DNA from: a virus
Strand: one strand, 5' to 3'
DNA length: 64,000 bases
IMG/VR virus record: IMGVR_UViG_3300048915_000089
Span: 1 to 64,000 of that record
The position numbers and the translations under genes were made by a program. This document shows positions 17,759-26,639 of this stretch, one piece after another (the first letter of the stretch is position 1; every line of letters begins with the position of its first letter). The notes below the pieces were generated by a model that was given only the letters and a program-made list of their open reading frames with translations, had not been told where the DNA came from and ran no database searches.

Positions 17759-18529
17759 TTAGGAAATTTCAGGCCACACGAATTCATAAACATTGTCGGC
17801 GGCGTCGGCGCCCACGTCGAATTCCATGTCAGGCATAATGAAGTCTTCCAGCTTCGACGCCAGCGAAAATTTTGATCCGACACAGGAGAAGACGCGGCAC
17901 GCGAACGGCTTTTGCGTCGGCTGCGCAACCGAAGTCCAATAGTCGAGACGGAACGTCGGCGTTTGACCGATCGTGGCATTCTTCACGATCATGCTTTGCC
18001 CGGCCGTCGTCGTCTTAGTGTAGGTAATCTGCACAGCCGCGAGCGTGTCGCCGGCTGCGAAGACGTATTTGCCTTTGTTCGCTCCCGAGATCGTCACGCT
18101 GTAACTGCCGACAGCCTCAGAGCCGGCAGTGACGCGCTGAAGCGGAATGCCGGTCAAAGCATACTTCACGCCGAGATCGCCTTCGAACGTCGCGGCATCG
18201 GTTACGGTCACCGTGTAGGGCGTCCCCGGCACGGCTTGCGCTTCGTCGATATTCCAGACGAAGCCGCCAGGCGTGAAGCTCTGCCCAAAAAATACGTTGT
18301 TCCATGCGAGGCCAGACAACGTTGCTGCCTTGATCTTGCCGGTGACTTTGATCGTCCCCTGCGCGACGAGCAGCGCGAACTTCTTCTGTCCGAAAAGCGA
18401 TTTGTTCGTCGCCGTCGTGTCGAGAGAAAATTCCTGCGCAAAACCGATGTTGACGGCCGGCGCGTTGGCGATGTCCGTGCGTGTGACGATCAGGATACCG
18501 GGGCCGAATGCGGCGATAGGGCTTGACAT
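17759..18529 (-). CDS. Major tail (tube) protein
   Basis: 256 aa, beta-rich. Position immediately upstream of the chaperone genes. Confidence 0.7.
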   Translation of the reverse strand: MSSPIAAFGPGILIVTRTDIANAPAVNIGFAQEFSLDTTATNKSLFGQKKFALLVAQGTIKVTGKIKAATLSGLAWNNVFFGQSFTPGGFVWNIDEAQAVPGTPYTVTVTDAATFEGDLGVKYALTGIPLQRVTAGSEAVGSYSVTISGANKGKYVFAAGDTLAAVQITYTKTTTAGQSMIVKNATIGQTPTFRLDYWTSVAQPTQKPFACRVFSCVGSKFSLASKLEDFIMPDMEFDVGADAADNVYEFVWPEIS

Positions 18530-18554
18530 GAGCTCGTCTCCTTCGAAGCGATCT

Positions 18555-19088
18555 TCAGGGGATCAAGATTTTTACTGGGATAGTTTGCATCGTGAGTCCC
18601 GTCGGATCAATGTCACCGGAAATCAGTTCGCCGATGCCCTCAATCCAGCAATGCCGGCACAGCTTGCCCAGCGTGAGAGTATTGGTCGAAAAATCGTCCG
18701 GCGTAAATGTGCTTTCGACGAGCTCAACAAGATCGTTCAACGCCACTGAGCCGGCGACGGTGATATCCGCGCCGTCCGGCGTGTTCGCTTTCGGCTTCAG
18801 CGCATAGATCACAAGCGTAAAGTTGAGTGTGCGGACGGACACGCCGACGCCAGGCCCGCGCTGATCCCACTTCGTCTGCCCGCTCTCACCGAAGCCGACG
18901 CCTTCATAAAGATACAGCGCTGGGAACGCGGGCGGGTCCCCCTGATTCGAGCCTGTCAGCTTGGCCAGCAAATCGATATAGGTTTCGAACGTGCGGCTGT
19001 ACGTCGCGAAGTTAGCGCCACAAATCGACTGCTCGCGCGCGAGCAGTGCATCTGCGATCGGGTTACGCACCGGAATAATTGGCATCAC
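18555..19088 (-). CDS. Putative tail terminator / neck protein
   Basis: Assigned by position between the gp10-like and major tail genes. Size 177 aa. Confidence 0.5.
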   Translation of the reverse strand: MMPIIPVRNPIADALLAREQSICGANFATYSRTFETYIDLLAKLTGSNQGDPPAFPALYLYEGVGFGESGQTKWDQRGPGVGVSVRTLNFTLVIYALKPKANTPDGADITVAGSVALNDLVELVESTFTPDDFSTNTLTLGKLCRHCWIEGIGELISGDIDPTGLTMQTIPVKILIP

Positions 19089-19573
19089 GCCTCAATCGGT
19101 TTCATAATCGCGTCCGTCTCGCGCTGGCGAATCTCGGCCCACATGTCGTCAAGCGAAGATTGCATGTAGGAACGGCCGCCGAAGCCGGGGTGGTGTACGC
19201 GCTTGAACGCAACATGTACCCCAAGCTTAGCCCAAAAGAAATAGAGCACCTTGGCGTGCTTGGCCACGATCTCATGTGGGACAGAGCCGCTTTCCAGGGT
19301 GTGCGCAACGATGTTCGGAAAGCGATTGCCGTCAATGTAGACGGTGCCGAAAATCTCGCGCGTGTTCTCAACCATCTTCGCGCGCACCGCCGGCAGAATG
19401 TGAGTCGTCGTCTTGAACAGCACGCCTGGCTGCAGCTTCGCGCGGACGCGAGCCGCCAAGTCTTTCGTGAGCGACGGGATCTCTGCGCGCAGCGCCGCAC
19501 GAATGTCTTCCGGAAGCTTCGAATACTTCTTGACCGTCTTGCCGTCGACCGTGACGGTGAGCATGTCTACCAC
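19085..19573 (-). CDS. HK97 gp10-like head-tail joining / tail completion protein
   Basis: Size and sequence pattern (…VAHTLESG…HPGFGGRSYMQSSLD) are reminiscent of the HK97 gp10 family. Overlaps both neighbours. Confidence 0.55.
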   Translation of the reverse strand: MVDMLTVTVDGKTVKKYSKLPEDIRAALRAEIPSLTKDLAARVRAKLQPGVLFKTTTHILPAVRAKMVENTREIFGTVYIDGNRFPNIVAHTLESGSVPHEIVAKHAKVLYFFWAKLGVHVAFKRVHHPGFGGRSYMQSSLDDMWAEIRQRETDAIMKPIEA

Positions 19574-20055
19574 GTCGGACCCCTACCCGGCTCATTGCCC
19601 ACTTCGTTGTCGACAGGCGCGACAGGAAGCCAGTTATCGGTCAAGCCGATCATAAATTGCGGCATCACACGATCGGCGTCCGCATTCTGATCGCTCTTGT
19701 CCATGCGCGAGAGCCCACCGGCGATCGGCGCGCCCTTTCCGGTAAGCTTCGCGCGAATGTCGAGCTCGTCGGCTCGCGCGGCGAACGCGCGTTGCCTGGC
19801 GCTGTAAGTTTTGTGCAGCAAGCCTTCGGTGACATCAACGTCGCGAGAATACTTCGCCGCGATCATCCTGCAGCAATCGGCGGCTGCGGCGTAAATATTC
19901 GGGCGCCGCGCGACAGCAAAAGCGATCTGTTGATCCCAAAGAAGCTGATCTTTGAAGTTCACGTCGGCGATCAGCGTCCGGACTTGCATCAGTTTGTTCG
20001 TCGGCGACGTGCCGACAAGCTGGTCAGGATCGTAAGTCCAAACGCCGACTCCCAT
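19567..20055 (-). CDS. Putative head-tail adaptor protein
   Basis: RBS GAGGGTG. Assigned by position in the connector region. No motif recognised with certainty. Confidence 0.45.
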   Translation of the reverse strand: MGVGVWTYDPDQLVGTSPTNKLMQVRTLIADVNFKDQLLWDQQIAFAVARRPNIYAAAADCCRMIAAKYSRDVDVTEGLLHKTYSARQRAFAARADELDIRAKLTGKGAPIAGGLSRMDKSDQNADADRVMPQFMIGLTDNWLPVAPVDNEVGNEPGRGPTW

Positions 20056-20064
20056 GTAACACCC

Positions 20065-20535
20065 TCAGTTCGCCAACGGCACGCCGTTGATATCGATCGC
20101 CAGCGTCGTCGAGCCGGCATAGGTGCCGACTGTCGTATATTTGACGCGAAAAGACGTGCCGAGAATCCCATCCTTCGCCGTGTTCGCCGACAGCGTGCCA
20201 TCGGTCGCGACGTATTGCGTCGTCACTGGAGTCGACGACGATAGATTGTAGACAACGCGCGCGCTTGCCGTCGTGAAGTGACAGTTCGCGATATCGGTCC
20301 ACGTTGAACCATCGAGCGTCGTTTGAACCCATGCATCGGCCGAAGTGCCGCCCGAGCCATAAGTGAACTTGCACTGCACGCTGATCGATGGCGGCACAGA
20401 TCCTTTTGAGACCTGCAGCGCGGCCGTCGTCTGTGCGGAGACGGCCGTCGTTACCGCAATCGTGCCGAGACTTCGACCGATCGCCGGAGCAACCGTAAGA
20501 AGTGAGCACAGCAGCAAAACTAAAAAGCGTTTCAT
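20065..20535 (-). CDS. Secreted beta-rich protein inside the head-tail module
   Basis: Internal ATG at 20535 with RBS AAGGAG. Sec-type signal MKRFLVLLLCSLLTVAPAIG. The 288-aa track ORF upstream extension overlaps the real gene 20558-20941. Confidence 0.55.
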   Translation of the reverse strand: MKRFLVLLLCSLLTVAPAIGRSLGTIAVTTAVSAQTTAALQVSKGSVPPSISVQCKFTYGSGGTSADAWVQTTLDGSTWTDIANCHFTTASARVVYNLSSSTPVTTQYVATDGTLSANTAKDGILGTSFRVKYTTVGTYAGSTTLAIDINGVPLAN

Positions 20536-20557
20536 GCGACCCCGCTCCTTACAAAAA

Positions 20558-20941
20558 TCAGGCGCTCTTGACGCCCATGTTTGACTGCCACAGTCCGTTG
20601 CTGCTGCAGGTGTAGACACATCGATTGCCGTTCGTAAGCACGACGCCGACAGCGGTCGCAACGGCGTCGATCGTGTCGATGCCTTTGCCGAAAACCTGCG
20701 CGGCCGCCGCGCCGTCGTGAACAACGATGCACTCAAGCCCCGCGAGAGCCGGAGGCAGCAACACACTGTCGGCCGCCGTCGCGCACACGCTGATACGATT
20801 GAGTCCGTAAGCAAGCGCCGTCGCGCTCGCTTTGCCCCCGCCAGCGTGTGCCGTGATCGTGTCTTTCGACGCGCGCTGCAAAATTTGAATGAGAAGCCAC
20901 TTCTCAATCCTCTTGCCGAGTGAACGATCAAGCCAGCCCAT
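20558..20941 (-). CDS. Conserved small phage protein (unknown function)
   Basis: Strong RBS GAAGGAGAT. The pattern ITAHAGGGKASATAL...DSVLLPPALAGLECIVVHDG recalls a recurrent small phage family found after capsid genes. Confidence 0.55.
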   Translation of the reverse strand: MGWLDRSLGKRIEKWLLIQILQRASKDTITAHAGGGKASATALAYGLNRISVCATAADSVLLPPALAGLECIVVHDGAAAAQVFGKGIDTIDAVATAVGVVLTNGNRCVYTCSSNGLWQSNMGVKSA

Positions 20942-20970
20942 GACGAAATCTCCTTCGTTGGTTTTTGCTC

Positions 20971-21546
20971 TCAGGTTTCGATCGGCCCGTTCGGCTGCTG
21001 ATCTTCAGCGCCGGGCTCGGGCTTAGGCGGTGCTTTGGCGCGGCTAGTTCCAGCCTTCTTCGCGCGGCGAGTTCCGCGTTTTGCCGATCGCCGCTTCGAC
21101 TTCGCTTTACGCCGGGGCTTCTTGTCGTCGGAAGCGTCGCCAGACGGCTCAGCGGAAGCGCCAGGCTCGTTATTTTTCGCCGGCTGCAGCTTTGCCGTCT
21201 CGACTTCCGCAAGCGCCTGGGCCTCTTCTCTGCCAAGCCCTTCGGCTAAAATTGTGCCCTGCAGCACGGTGTACTTGCCGAACGCTTTCGCGAAGACGTG
21301 AATAGTGCCAGCCGACGCCGCGTCGGCGGCTGCCTGGCGCTTGCCGCCCTTGCTGCGAACTTCGACGTGCTTCGGAAAGACGCTGATCTTCCGGTTTTCG
21401 ATCAGCGCGTTGCGATTCGCGGCTGGCATCCTCTGCAGAACAGCAAGCGGTATCTCTTCGCCGTTCGTAAAGACGCGCGTGCCGGCAGTGATCTTCGCGT
21501 TCGCGACGCCGGACCCGATCTGCTCAATCGACATAGGTCGCAACAT
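20971..21546 (-). CDS. Hypothetical protein with strongly basic C-terminal tail
   Basis: Tail KKPRRKAKSKRRSAKRGTRRAKKAGTSRAKAPPKPEP. First gene after the capsid gene. Confidence 0.5.
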   Translation of the reverse strand: MLRPMSIEQIGSGVANAKITAGTRVFTNGEEIPLAVLQRMPAANRNALIENRKISVFPKHVEVRSKGGKRQAAADAASAGTIHVFAKAFGKYTVLQGTILAEGLGREEAQALAEVETAKLQPAKNNEPGASAEPSGDASDDKKPRRKAKSKRRSAKRGTRRAKKAGTSRAKAPPKPEPGAEDQQPNGPIET

Positions 21547-21569
21547 GATGAATCTCTCTCAGGTTTCAG

Positions 21570-21614
21570 GATTTTGAAAACGTGCCGCCCGCCTCCTGAA
21601 TGACGGACGGCACG
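21570..21614 (-). terminator. Putative partial terminator / attenuator after the major capsid gene
   Basis: GTGCCGCCCG (21582-21591) pairs with CGGACGGCAC (21604-21613) with one mismatch. On the minus strand it is followed by GTTTTCAAAAT. Confidence 0.4.
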
Positions 21615-21653
21615 CTCCACTTTGATCGGCCGCGCTCACAGCCGCTCAAAACC

Positions 21654-22637
21654 TCACGCAACGATATTGCTGAAGTAATAGCCGAGATCAGCGCCGACCA
21701 ATTGCATGTCGAAAGCCATCTCGGTTTCGGTGCGCACCGTCTTCACGCCGCGCCACGGCATCGGGATTTGATACGTCGCGACGCCCATGTTGTTCATGCC
21801 TTCGCCAAGTCCCGACCATGCGAACGTATAGCCGGCAGTCGGCACCATGATTCCAGGCGCGGGCGCCGTGTAGCAAAGCAGCGCGCTCTTGCCCATGACG
21901 AACGCCATGTTCGCCGCCTGGCCTTCGGCCGCCGTGTTGTAGACGGCTTTCGAGACGAGAATGCGATCGATGTCGAATGCTTCGGCGAGAAGCTGTGGCG
22001 TGATTTTTCCAGCGAACGCCGGGTTCGTGTACTTGATCCGATCGATGACCAGCGGATGTTTCCGGAGCGCCTGATACACCGGATAGGACATCACCAGCGT
22101 GTTGGGCTCCATTCCGGTATTTTGCAGAACGGTGGTTTGCCCAAGCGCGATGTCGGAGAACGGATCGCCGTTCGCGTCGTCGCTCCACAGATACACCGGC
22201 CCGCCGGCAGCGCCGACGACATCGGTGCCCCAAATGCCGGTCTTCATGTACGTTGCCATGAAGATACGATCGCGCCGGATCAGCATTTTCTGCATCAACT
22301 GCCGCGTCGCGACGATATCGAGATCAACAGATTCGTCGGCATTCGCGCGGACCTGCGCGCCGATGTCCTGATGCAGTGCCCAAACCTTAGCGGAGTAAGT
22401 CTGGGTCGCGAGATTGACGCCGGTGCCGGCCGACTCGGTAGCGTCGGCGCGCAACTGCGCTTCGTCGCGGAAGAAGTCAGCTTTCGACCACACGAAGTAA
22501 ACGTCGGTCTGATGCTTAACCGGGATCAGAGGAAAGACTTTGTCGGCGATGTAGACCGACTCATCTTGCCAATAGGCAACTGACACGTCCGTTAGCGCTC
22601 GGCTTACATGGACGTCACCCACTGTGGGCTGTGGCAT
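21654..22637 (-). CDS. Major capsid protein (lambda gpE-like / HK97-fold)
   Basis: 327 aa. N-terminus ALTDVSVAYWQDESVYIADKVFPLIPV is typical of Phage_cap_E-type coat proteins. Preceded by a decoration-like gene. Confidence 0.8.
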   Translation of the reverse strand: MPQPTVGDVHVSRALTDVSVAYWQDESVYIADKVFPLIPVKHQTDVYFVWSKADFFRDEAQLRADATESAGTGVNLATQTYSAKVWALHQDIGAQVRANADESVDLDIVATRQLMQKMLIRRDRIFMATYMKTGIWGTDVVGAAGGPVYLWSDDANGDPFSDIALGQTTVLQNTGMEPNTLVMSYPVYQALRKHPLVIDRIKYTNPAFAGKITPQLLAEAFDIDRILVSKAVYNTAAEGQAANMAFVMGKSALLCYTAPAPGIMVPTAGYTFAWSGLGEGMNNMGVATYQIPMPWRGVKTVRTETEMAFDMQLVGADLGYYFSNIVA

Positions 22638-22749
22638 TTTTCGACTCCAAGAGTTAAGCCACGCTTCAGGGGACGTAGCGGGATTGCTTGCCCAAGGCAG
22701 TTAGTTTTTCGGACGCCGCCGGGCGCGCGGCCGAAACATTCAAAAACGA

Positions 22750-23160
22750 TCAGGGCGCGACGACGCGCGCCTGCAGAACTTCGACGGTGCCGACATCGCT
22801 GAGCACGCCAGCGACGATCGCCTTTGCGCAAGCGAGTTGGCCTGTCGTCGCCGTCACAAGGCGGCCTGACGAGTCGGTTGTCAGAAAATCCTTCGCCGTG
22901 ACGGTGCCGCCGAAAACAGCTTTCGAGATGCCAGAATAGCAGACATCGGCGGCTTCGCCCTGCTTCGGCTTGTTCTGCAGGATGCCGTAAACATCCGTGT
23001 TCGCAGCGTTGGCCAGCAACACCGTGCGATCGGCCGCTGTCGATTGCTTGACGGCAAGAAACTGGCCACTGCCGTTCGGACCGGCCAGGCCAGCGGTATT
23101 CGACAAATCTTGTCCGGCGACTGAATTGCCATCGCGGATCATGACGCCTTCGACTGCCAT
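22750..23160 (-). CDS. Head decoration / cement protein (DUF2190-like)
   Basis: 136 aa, Gly/Ala/Val-rich beta protein immediately upstream of the capsid gene. Confidence 0.65.
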   Translation of the reverse strand: MAVEGVMIRDGNSVAGQDLSNTAGLAGPNGSGQFLAVKQSTAADRTVLLANAANTDVYGILQNKPKQGEAADVCYSGISKAVFGGTVTAKDFLTTDSSGRLVTATTGQLACAKAIVAGVLSDVGTVEVLQARVVAP

Positions 23161-23255
23161 GTCGTGTTCCTTTGTTTTCGATTGAAGCTCTAGCGTTTTG
23201 TCCTAGAAGCGGGGCGCAATCGGCGCGCCCCGCGGCGATCGTTGTTGACGGAAGA

Positions 23256-24377
23256 TCAGGCCGCGCGACGACGCGCGAGAGCTTCCTCTTTCTTGACTTC
23301 GGCGACGAGATCGGCATTCGCCGGGTTCGTCATCACCTTGGCCCTGGCCTGCTGCGGCGACAGCGACGGGTCGAGTTTGCGGAGCTCTTCGCCCTTCGCG
23401 ACGACTCGATCGTAAGCCGACGCGCCGGTCTTGTTGATGTTGTTGTCGCCGAACTCTTCGAAGATTTTGCCGGTGCGCGCCTGCTCGACCAGTCCCTTGA
23501 TGAACTCGCCGTGCTTCTTGATGGCATCGGCGTCGCCCTCGAACGCTTTCATCATGACTTCGCCGTGGCTCTCCGGCAAGCCGAGATCGGTAGCCTGCTT
23601 TTTGAAAGTGGCGAGCTTGTCGGCTTTCGTGAGCGTCGCAAGCTGCTCGCTCAGCGTCTTGAACAGCGGATTGTCGGCGAGCGCTTTCGCGACGAGCTTG
23701 CCCACATCCTTCTGTTCGTCAGGGTCGACAGCCGGCTTTTTCTTCGGCGGGAACTCTTTGATAAACGCGTCGCGCTCGTCGTCTTTCTTCGCCAGGAATT
23801 CGTCGAGCTTGGCGCCTTCGAGCTCAGCCTTCTTGATGTACTCCTGATGCTCCGACTTGGCTTTGAGCACCAGCACGCCGCGCTGCGCGTCGGTTGCGAC
23901 TTTCGTCAGATCGTCGATCGTCTTCTGCAGCCCGGCTTCCTTCAGTAGGGCCGCGGCCTTCTCCGCATCTGTCATGGTAGCTCCCTTGCTTACCGGGGTG
24001 ATGGCCGTAACCGCGGCCTTGAATGCATCGGACTTCGCGGCCGGCACAAGCTTGCCGAGAAATTCGATGCACTGATTCAGACTTGTTTCGAGCGCCGGCT
24101 GTTGCTCTGCTTCGGCAAAGTTCTTTTCGATCTCCGCAATGGACTTCGCCATTGCACTCTGCGCAGCCGCGACTTTCTGCACGTCGGCGCCGCACTGCAC
24201 GGCAACAGTGAAAATGTTGCTGCCATCCTTGCTGAGGAAGTTCGGCAAATCGAGCACGTCGCTTGCGCTGCGATCGATTTTCATCAGAACGATCTTGACG
24301 CCTTCGCCAGCGCCGCGCGCAACGCTGCTCACTTCGCCAATCTTCAAACGATGCAACAGGTTCACTTTGTCAGGCAT
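23256..24377 (-). CDS. Scaffolding-like protein
   Basis: Long Lys/Glu/Ala-rich coiled-coil sequence between the protease and decoration genes. N-terminal IGEVSSVARGAGEGVKIVLMK motif. Confidence 0.6.
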   Translation of the reverse strand: MPDKVNLLHRLKIGEVSSVARGAGEGVKIVLMKIDRSASDVLDLPNFLSKDGSNIFTVAVQCGADVQKVAAAQSAMAKSIAEIEKNFAEAEQQPALETSLNQCIEFLGKLVPAAKSDAFKAAVTAITPVSKGATMTDAEKAAALLKEAGLQKTIDDLTKVATDAQRGVLVLKAKSEHQEYIKKAELEGAKLDEFLAKKDDERDAFIKEFPPKKKPAVDPDEQKDVGKLVAKALADNPLFKTLSEQLATLTKADKLATFKKQATDLGLPESHGEVMMKAFEGDADAIKKHGEFIKGLVEQARTGKIFEEFGDNNINKTGASAYDRVVAKGEELRKLDPSLSPQQARAKVMTNPANADLVAEVKKEEALARRRAA

Positions 24378-24393
24378 GGCCCGCTCCCTGGGG

Positions 24394-25575
24394 TTAAAGA
24401 TTCATCAGATCGTCGACGGATATGCTCGCGCTCTTACCACCGATCGAAAATTCCTTCAATTCGCCGCTCTTGTGCCTGGCCCAAATATCGTCGCCGACTT
24501 TGTAGCCCACCCACCATCCGACGATCTGCTCTCCGCTCGCGGCATCTTTGATCGTGATGCCAAGTGCGGCCTGTTTCTCTTTCGTGAACACGATCGACTC
24601 GACGCATTTGCCGGTGCCAAGGATCTTGTGGCTGTCGCCGTGATCGCGAGCTTCCAGCATGTACTCATAAGCCGCCCGTTCTAGCTCTTCGGGCAGGATC
24701 ATGTCACCTTGCTTGTCAATCACCAAATAGTCGCCTTTTTGGACAACCGACGCCCAGCCGAAAATCAACTGCTGATCTTCGTCCGTTTTGCGGATTTGGA
24801 ACGGCAGTTCCCATTCGACTTCTTTCGCAAGCGACGCGTCTTCGCCTGATAGCCGGCAATATCTGCAGGCGATCGTGTTCTCGCCATCGAGCCACGACGC
24901 CGTTGCACGGTGGTTGCCGTCCGCGAGATAATTCTTGCTGTCATGCCGCACGACGACGGGGAGCTTGTCCGCGCCGTTCGTCCGTATCGATTCGACTTTG
25001 TCCGGCGATACGCGTGGCTGAATTGCGATCAGCGACTTGATCGGAACGTCGCGCTGCTCAAGATCATCGGGGCTTGTGAGCGCCGACAGGAAGCGACGCT
25101 TCTGCGCATCGGGGATTTTGTCGAGCGCTTGCGCGTCATACGGGAACGGGGTGTGAGCGCCGCCGTCTTTGTGGGGCTTCAGCACGCGCTCGGCTTTTGA
25201 GATATCGATGCCGTTCGCTGCAGCAAGAGCGTCGGAAAATAAGCCGGACGATCGACTCAGAACCTTCGCGACATCGGCCGGCACAATCAAGCTGTCGAAG
25301 TCGACGCCTTTCGCGAGCGTCGCCTGGCGAGCCTCAGCTTCGACATCGAAGGCCAGGGATTTGCCCTTTGGTTCAACGACGGCTTCGCCGTCAAGCGCCG
25401 TATTGAAGTCGACAACAGGAAGCTTCCGCTTGCTGTCGCCAGTGCTGGCAATGTGTACGTCGCCAACGCCGATTGTTTTGGCCGCAGCTTCTTCGCCGAT
25501 CGCGGCCGTGAGATACGACGCGAAGTTGGCGTCGCGCTGCCCGAGCACTTTCAAAAGATCAGGTGAGATGTTCAT
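24394..25575 (-). CDS. Fusion protein: N-terminal unknown region + ParB/Srx-like domain + XkdF-type prohead protease domain
   Basis: ParB-like segment VPIKSLIAIQPRVSPDKV...LPVVVRHDSKNYLADGNHRATASWL. XkdF-like segment QQLIFGWASVV...VIDKQGDMILPEELERAAYEYM...DHGDSH. ATGA overlap with MuF. Confidence 0.7.
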   Translation of the reverse strand: MNISPDLLKVLGQRDANFASYLTAAIGEEAAAKTIGVGDVHIASTGDSKRKLPVVDFNTALDGEAVVEPKGKSLAFDVEAEARQATLAKGVDFDSLIVPADVAKVLSRSSGLFSDALAAANGIDISKAERVLKPHKDGGAHTPFPYDAQALDKIPDAQKRRFLSALTSPDDLEQRDVPIKSLIAIQPRVSPDKVESIRTNGADKLPVVVRHDSKNYLADGNHRATASWLDGENTIACRYCRLSGEDASLAKEVEWELPFQIRKTDEDQQLIFGWASVVQKGDYLVIDKQGDMILPEELERAAYEYMLEARDHGDSHKILGTGKCVESIVFTKEKQAALGITIKDAASGEQIVGWWVGYKVGDDIWARHKSGELKEFSIGGKSASISVDDLMNL

Positions 25576-26639
25576 GCCGCTTCTTCCTCCACAGGGGTAT
25601 CAGGAACCATGTCGAGATCAGTTTCGTATTGCACGGTGCAGCGACAGTTCGGATGCACCGGAGGATCGTCAATCGGACCGTCCTCGCTTTCGAAGTCGTC
25701 ACTTAATCCCACCCCATCGGGGTTCATGTCAATGATTGAAAGGCAGATTGGGCAGGTTCTCTCGTCGCGATCGATAAGCCAAATACGCTTTACGGCCGCT
25801 TCCGGAATGACGCCGCGCTCTGCCGCCTGGGTGTAACTGTCTCTCAATCCGGCGTTACCGGCGCGCAGCGATTCGGTGCGCGCGATCGTTGATGCACGGT
25901 GGTCGAGGTAGTTTTCTAGGTACGCGTCGACAGCTTCTTGAATCAAACTATCGTCCAGAAACTCGCCGCTGTCGATCGCGTCCTGTATCGCGCTGTCAAA
26001 CGACGTGTCGCGCAGAGCTCGCCCAAGTGCGTTGCTGTCCAAGTCCTCGAGCGCGCGCCGGTAGCTCGCGACGGCTTGCGCCTGATTCGGCGTGAGCGAG
26101 ATCGTGTCGCGGATGTTGGCGGCGATCTCGTCGAAACTGTCGCCAGCACGAACGCCATCAATCACGACGCTGTTGATCGTGTCTCTCGCGCTATCGCCCA
26201 AGTCCGTGATTAGCGAGTCGACAAGATCCCGCAAACGCTTTTGCGTGCCGGCGTCGAAGCGATCGAAGTCGAAGCCGTCGCCCACATCCTTGCGAAATTG
26301 GCTTGGCCTGTAGCGCAGCCGCTTGCCACCGCGCAGCATCGCGCCAGCAAGCTTCACAGCGCCGTGACGGCCGGCCGCTTCGTAAACATCGCCAAGCAAG
26401 CCGATCGGCTCTTTAAGAACTTCGGCGTAATGATCGAACGCGATCGCGCTGATGACATGCGACGAATTGCCGTGCTGTAACGCATGCGCGACTTTGTCGA
26501 CCGGGACCAATGTCCGCAGATGCTTCAGCGCGCCGTGCATTTTGAGAGCAACGGCCGACTCGTGCTTCTCGGCTAACGCGCGAATCGCGTCGTCAGCAGG
26601 CTGAAAATTCTTCCGCGGTGTAAGTCGGCCACGTCGCAT
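25572..26639 (-). CDS. Head morphogenesis protein (Mu F / SPP1 gp7 family)
   Basis: C-terminal hallmark ERTCPICLS...DPPVHPNCRCTV. Directly follows the portal gene. Confidence 0.8.
   Translation of the reverse strand: MRRGRLTPRKNFQPADDAIRALAEKHESAVALKMHGALKHLRTLVPVDKVAHALQHGNSSHVISAIAFDHYAEVLKEPIGLLGDVYEAAGRHGAVKLAGAMLRGGKRLRYRPSQFRKDVGDGFDFDRFDAGTQKRLRDLVDSLITDLGDSARDTINSVVIDGVRAGDSFDEIAANIRDTISLTPNQAQAVASYRRALEDLDSNALGRALRDTSFDSAIQDAIDSGEFLDDSLIQEAVDAYLENYLDHRASTIARTESLRAGNAGLRDSYTQAAERGVIPEAAVKRIWLIDRDERTCPICLSIIDMNPDGVGLSDDFESEDGPIDDPPVHPNCRCTVQYETDLDMVPDTPVEEEAA

Noticed and set aside
20065-20931. 288-aa track ORF.
   Set aside because: Its first 132 aa are Arg/Ser/Cys-rich and overlap the well-supported gene 20558-20941 in another frame. 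An internal ATG at 20535 with a good RBS gives a sensible signal-peptide protein.
21600-22583. 327-aa plus-strand ORF exactly antisense to the major capsid gene. Similar long antisense ORFs occur at 4558-5469, 23172-23948, 28839-29858, 51438-52550 and 61630-62529.
   Set aside because: These are shadow ORFs typical of high-GC DNA. They are Arg/Ala/Leu-rich with no motifs, and each fully overlaps a gene that has clear family signatures on the other strand.
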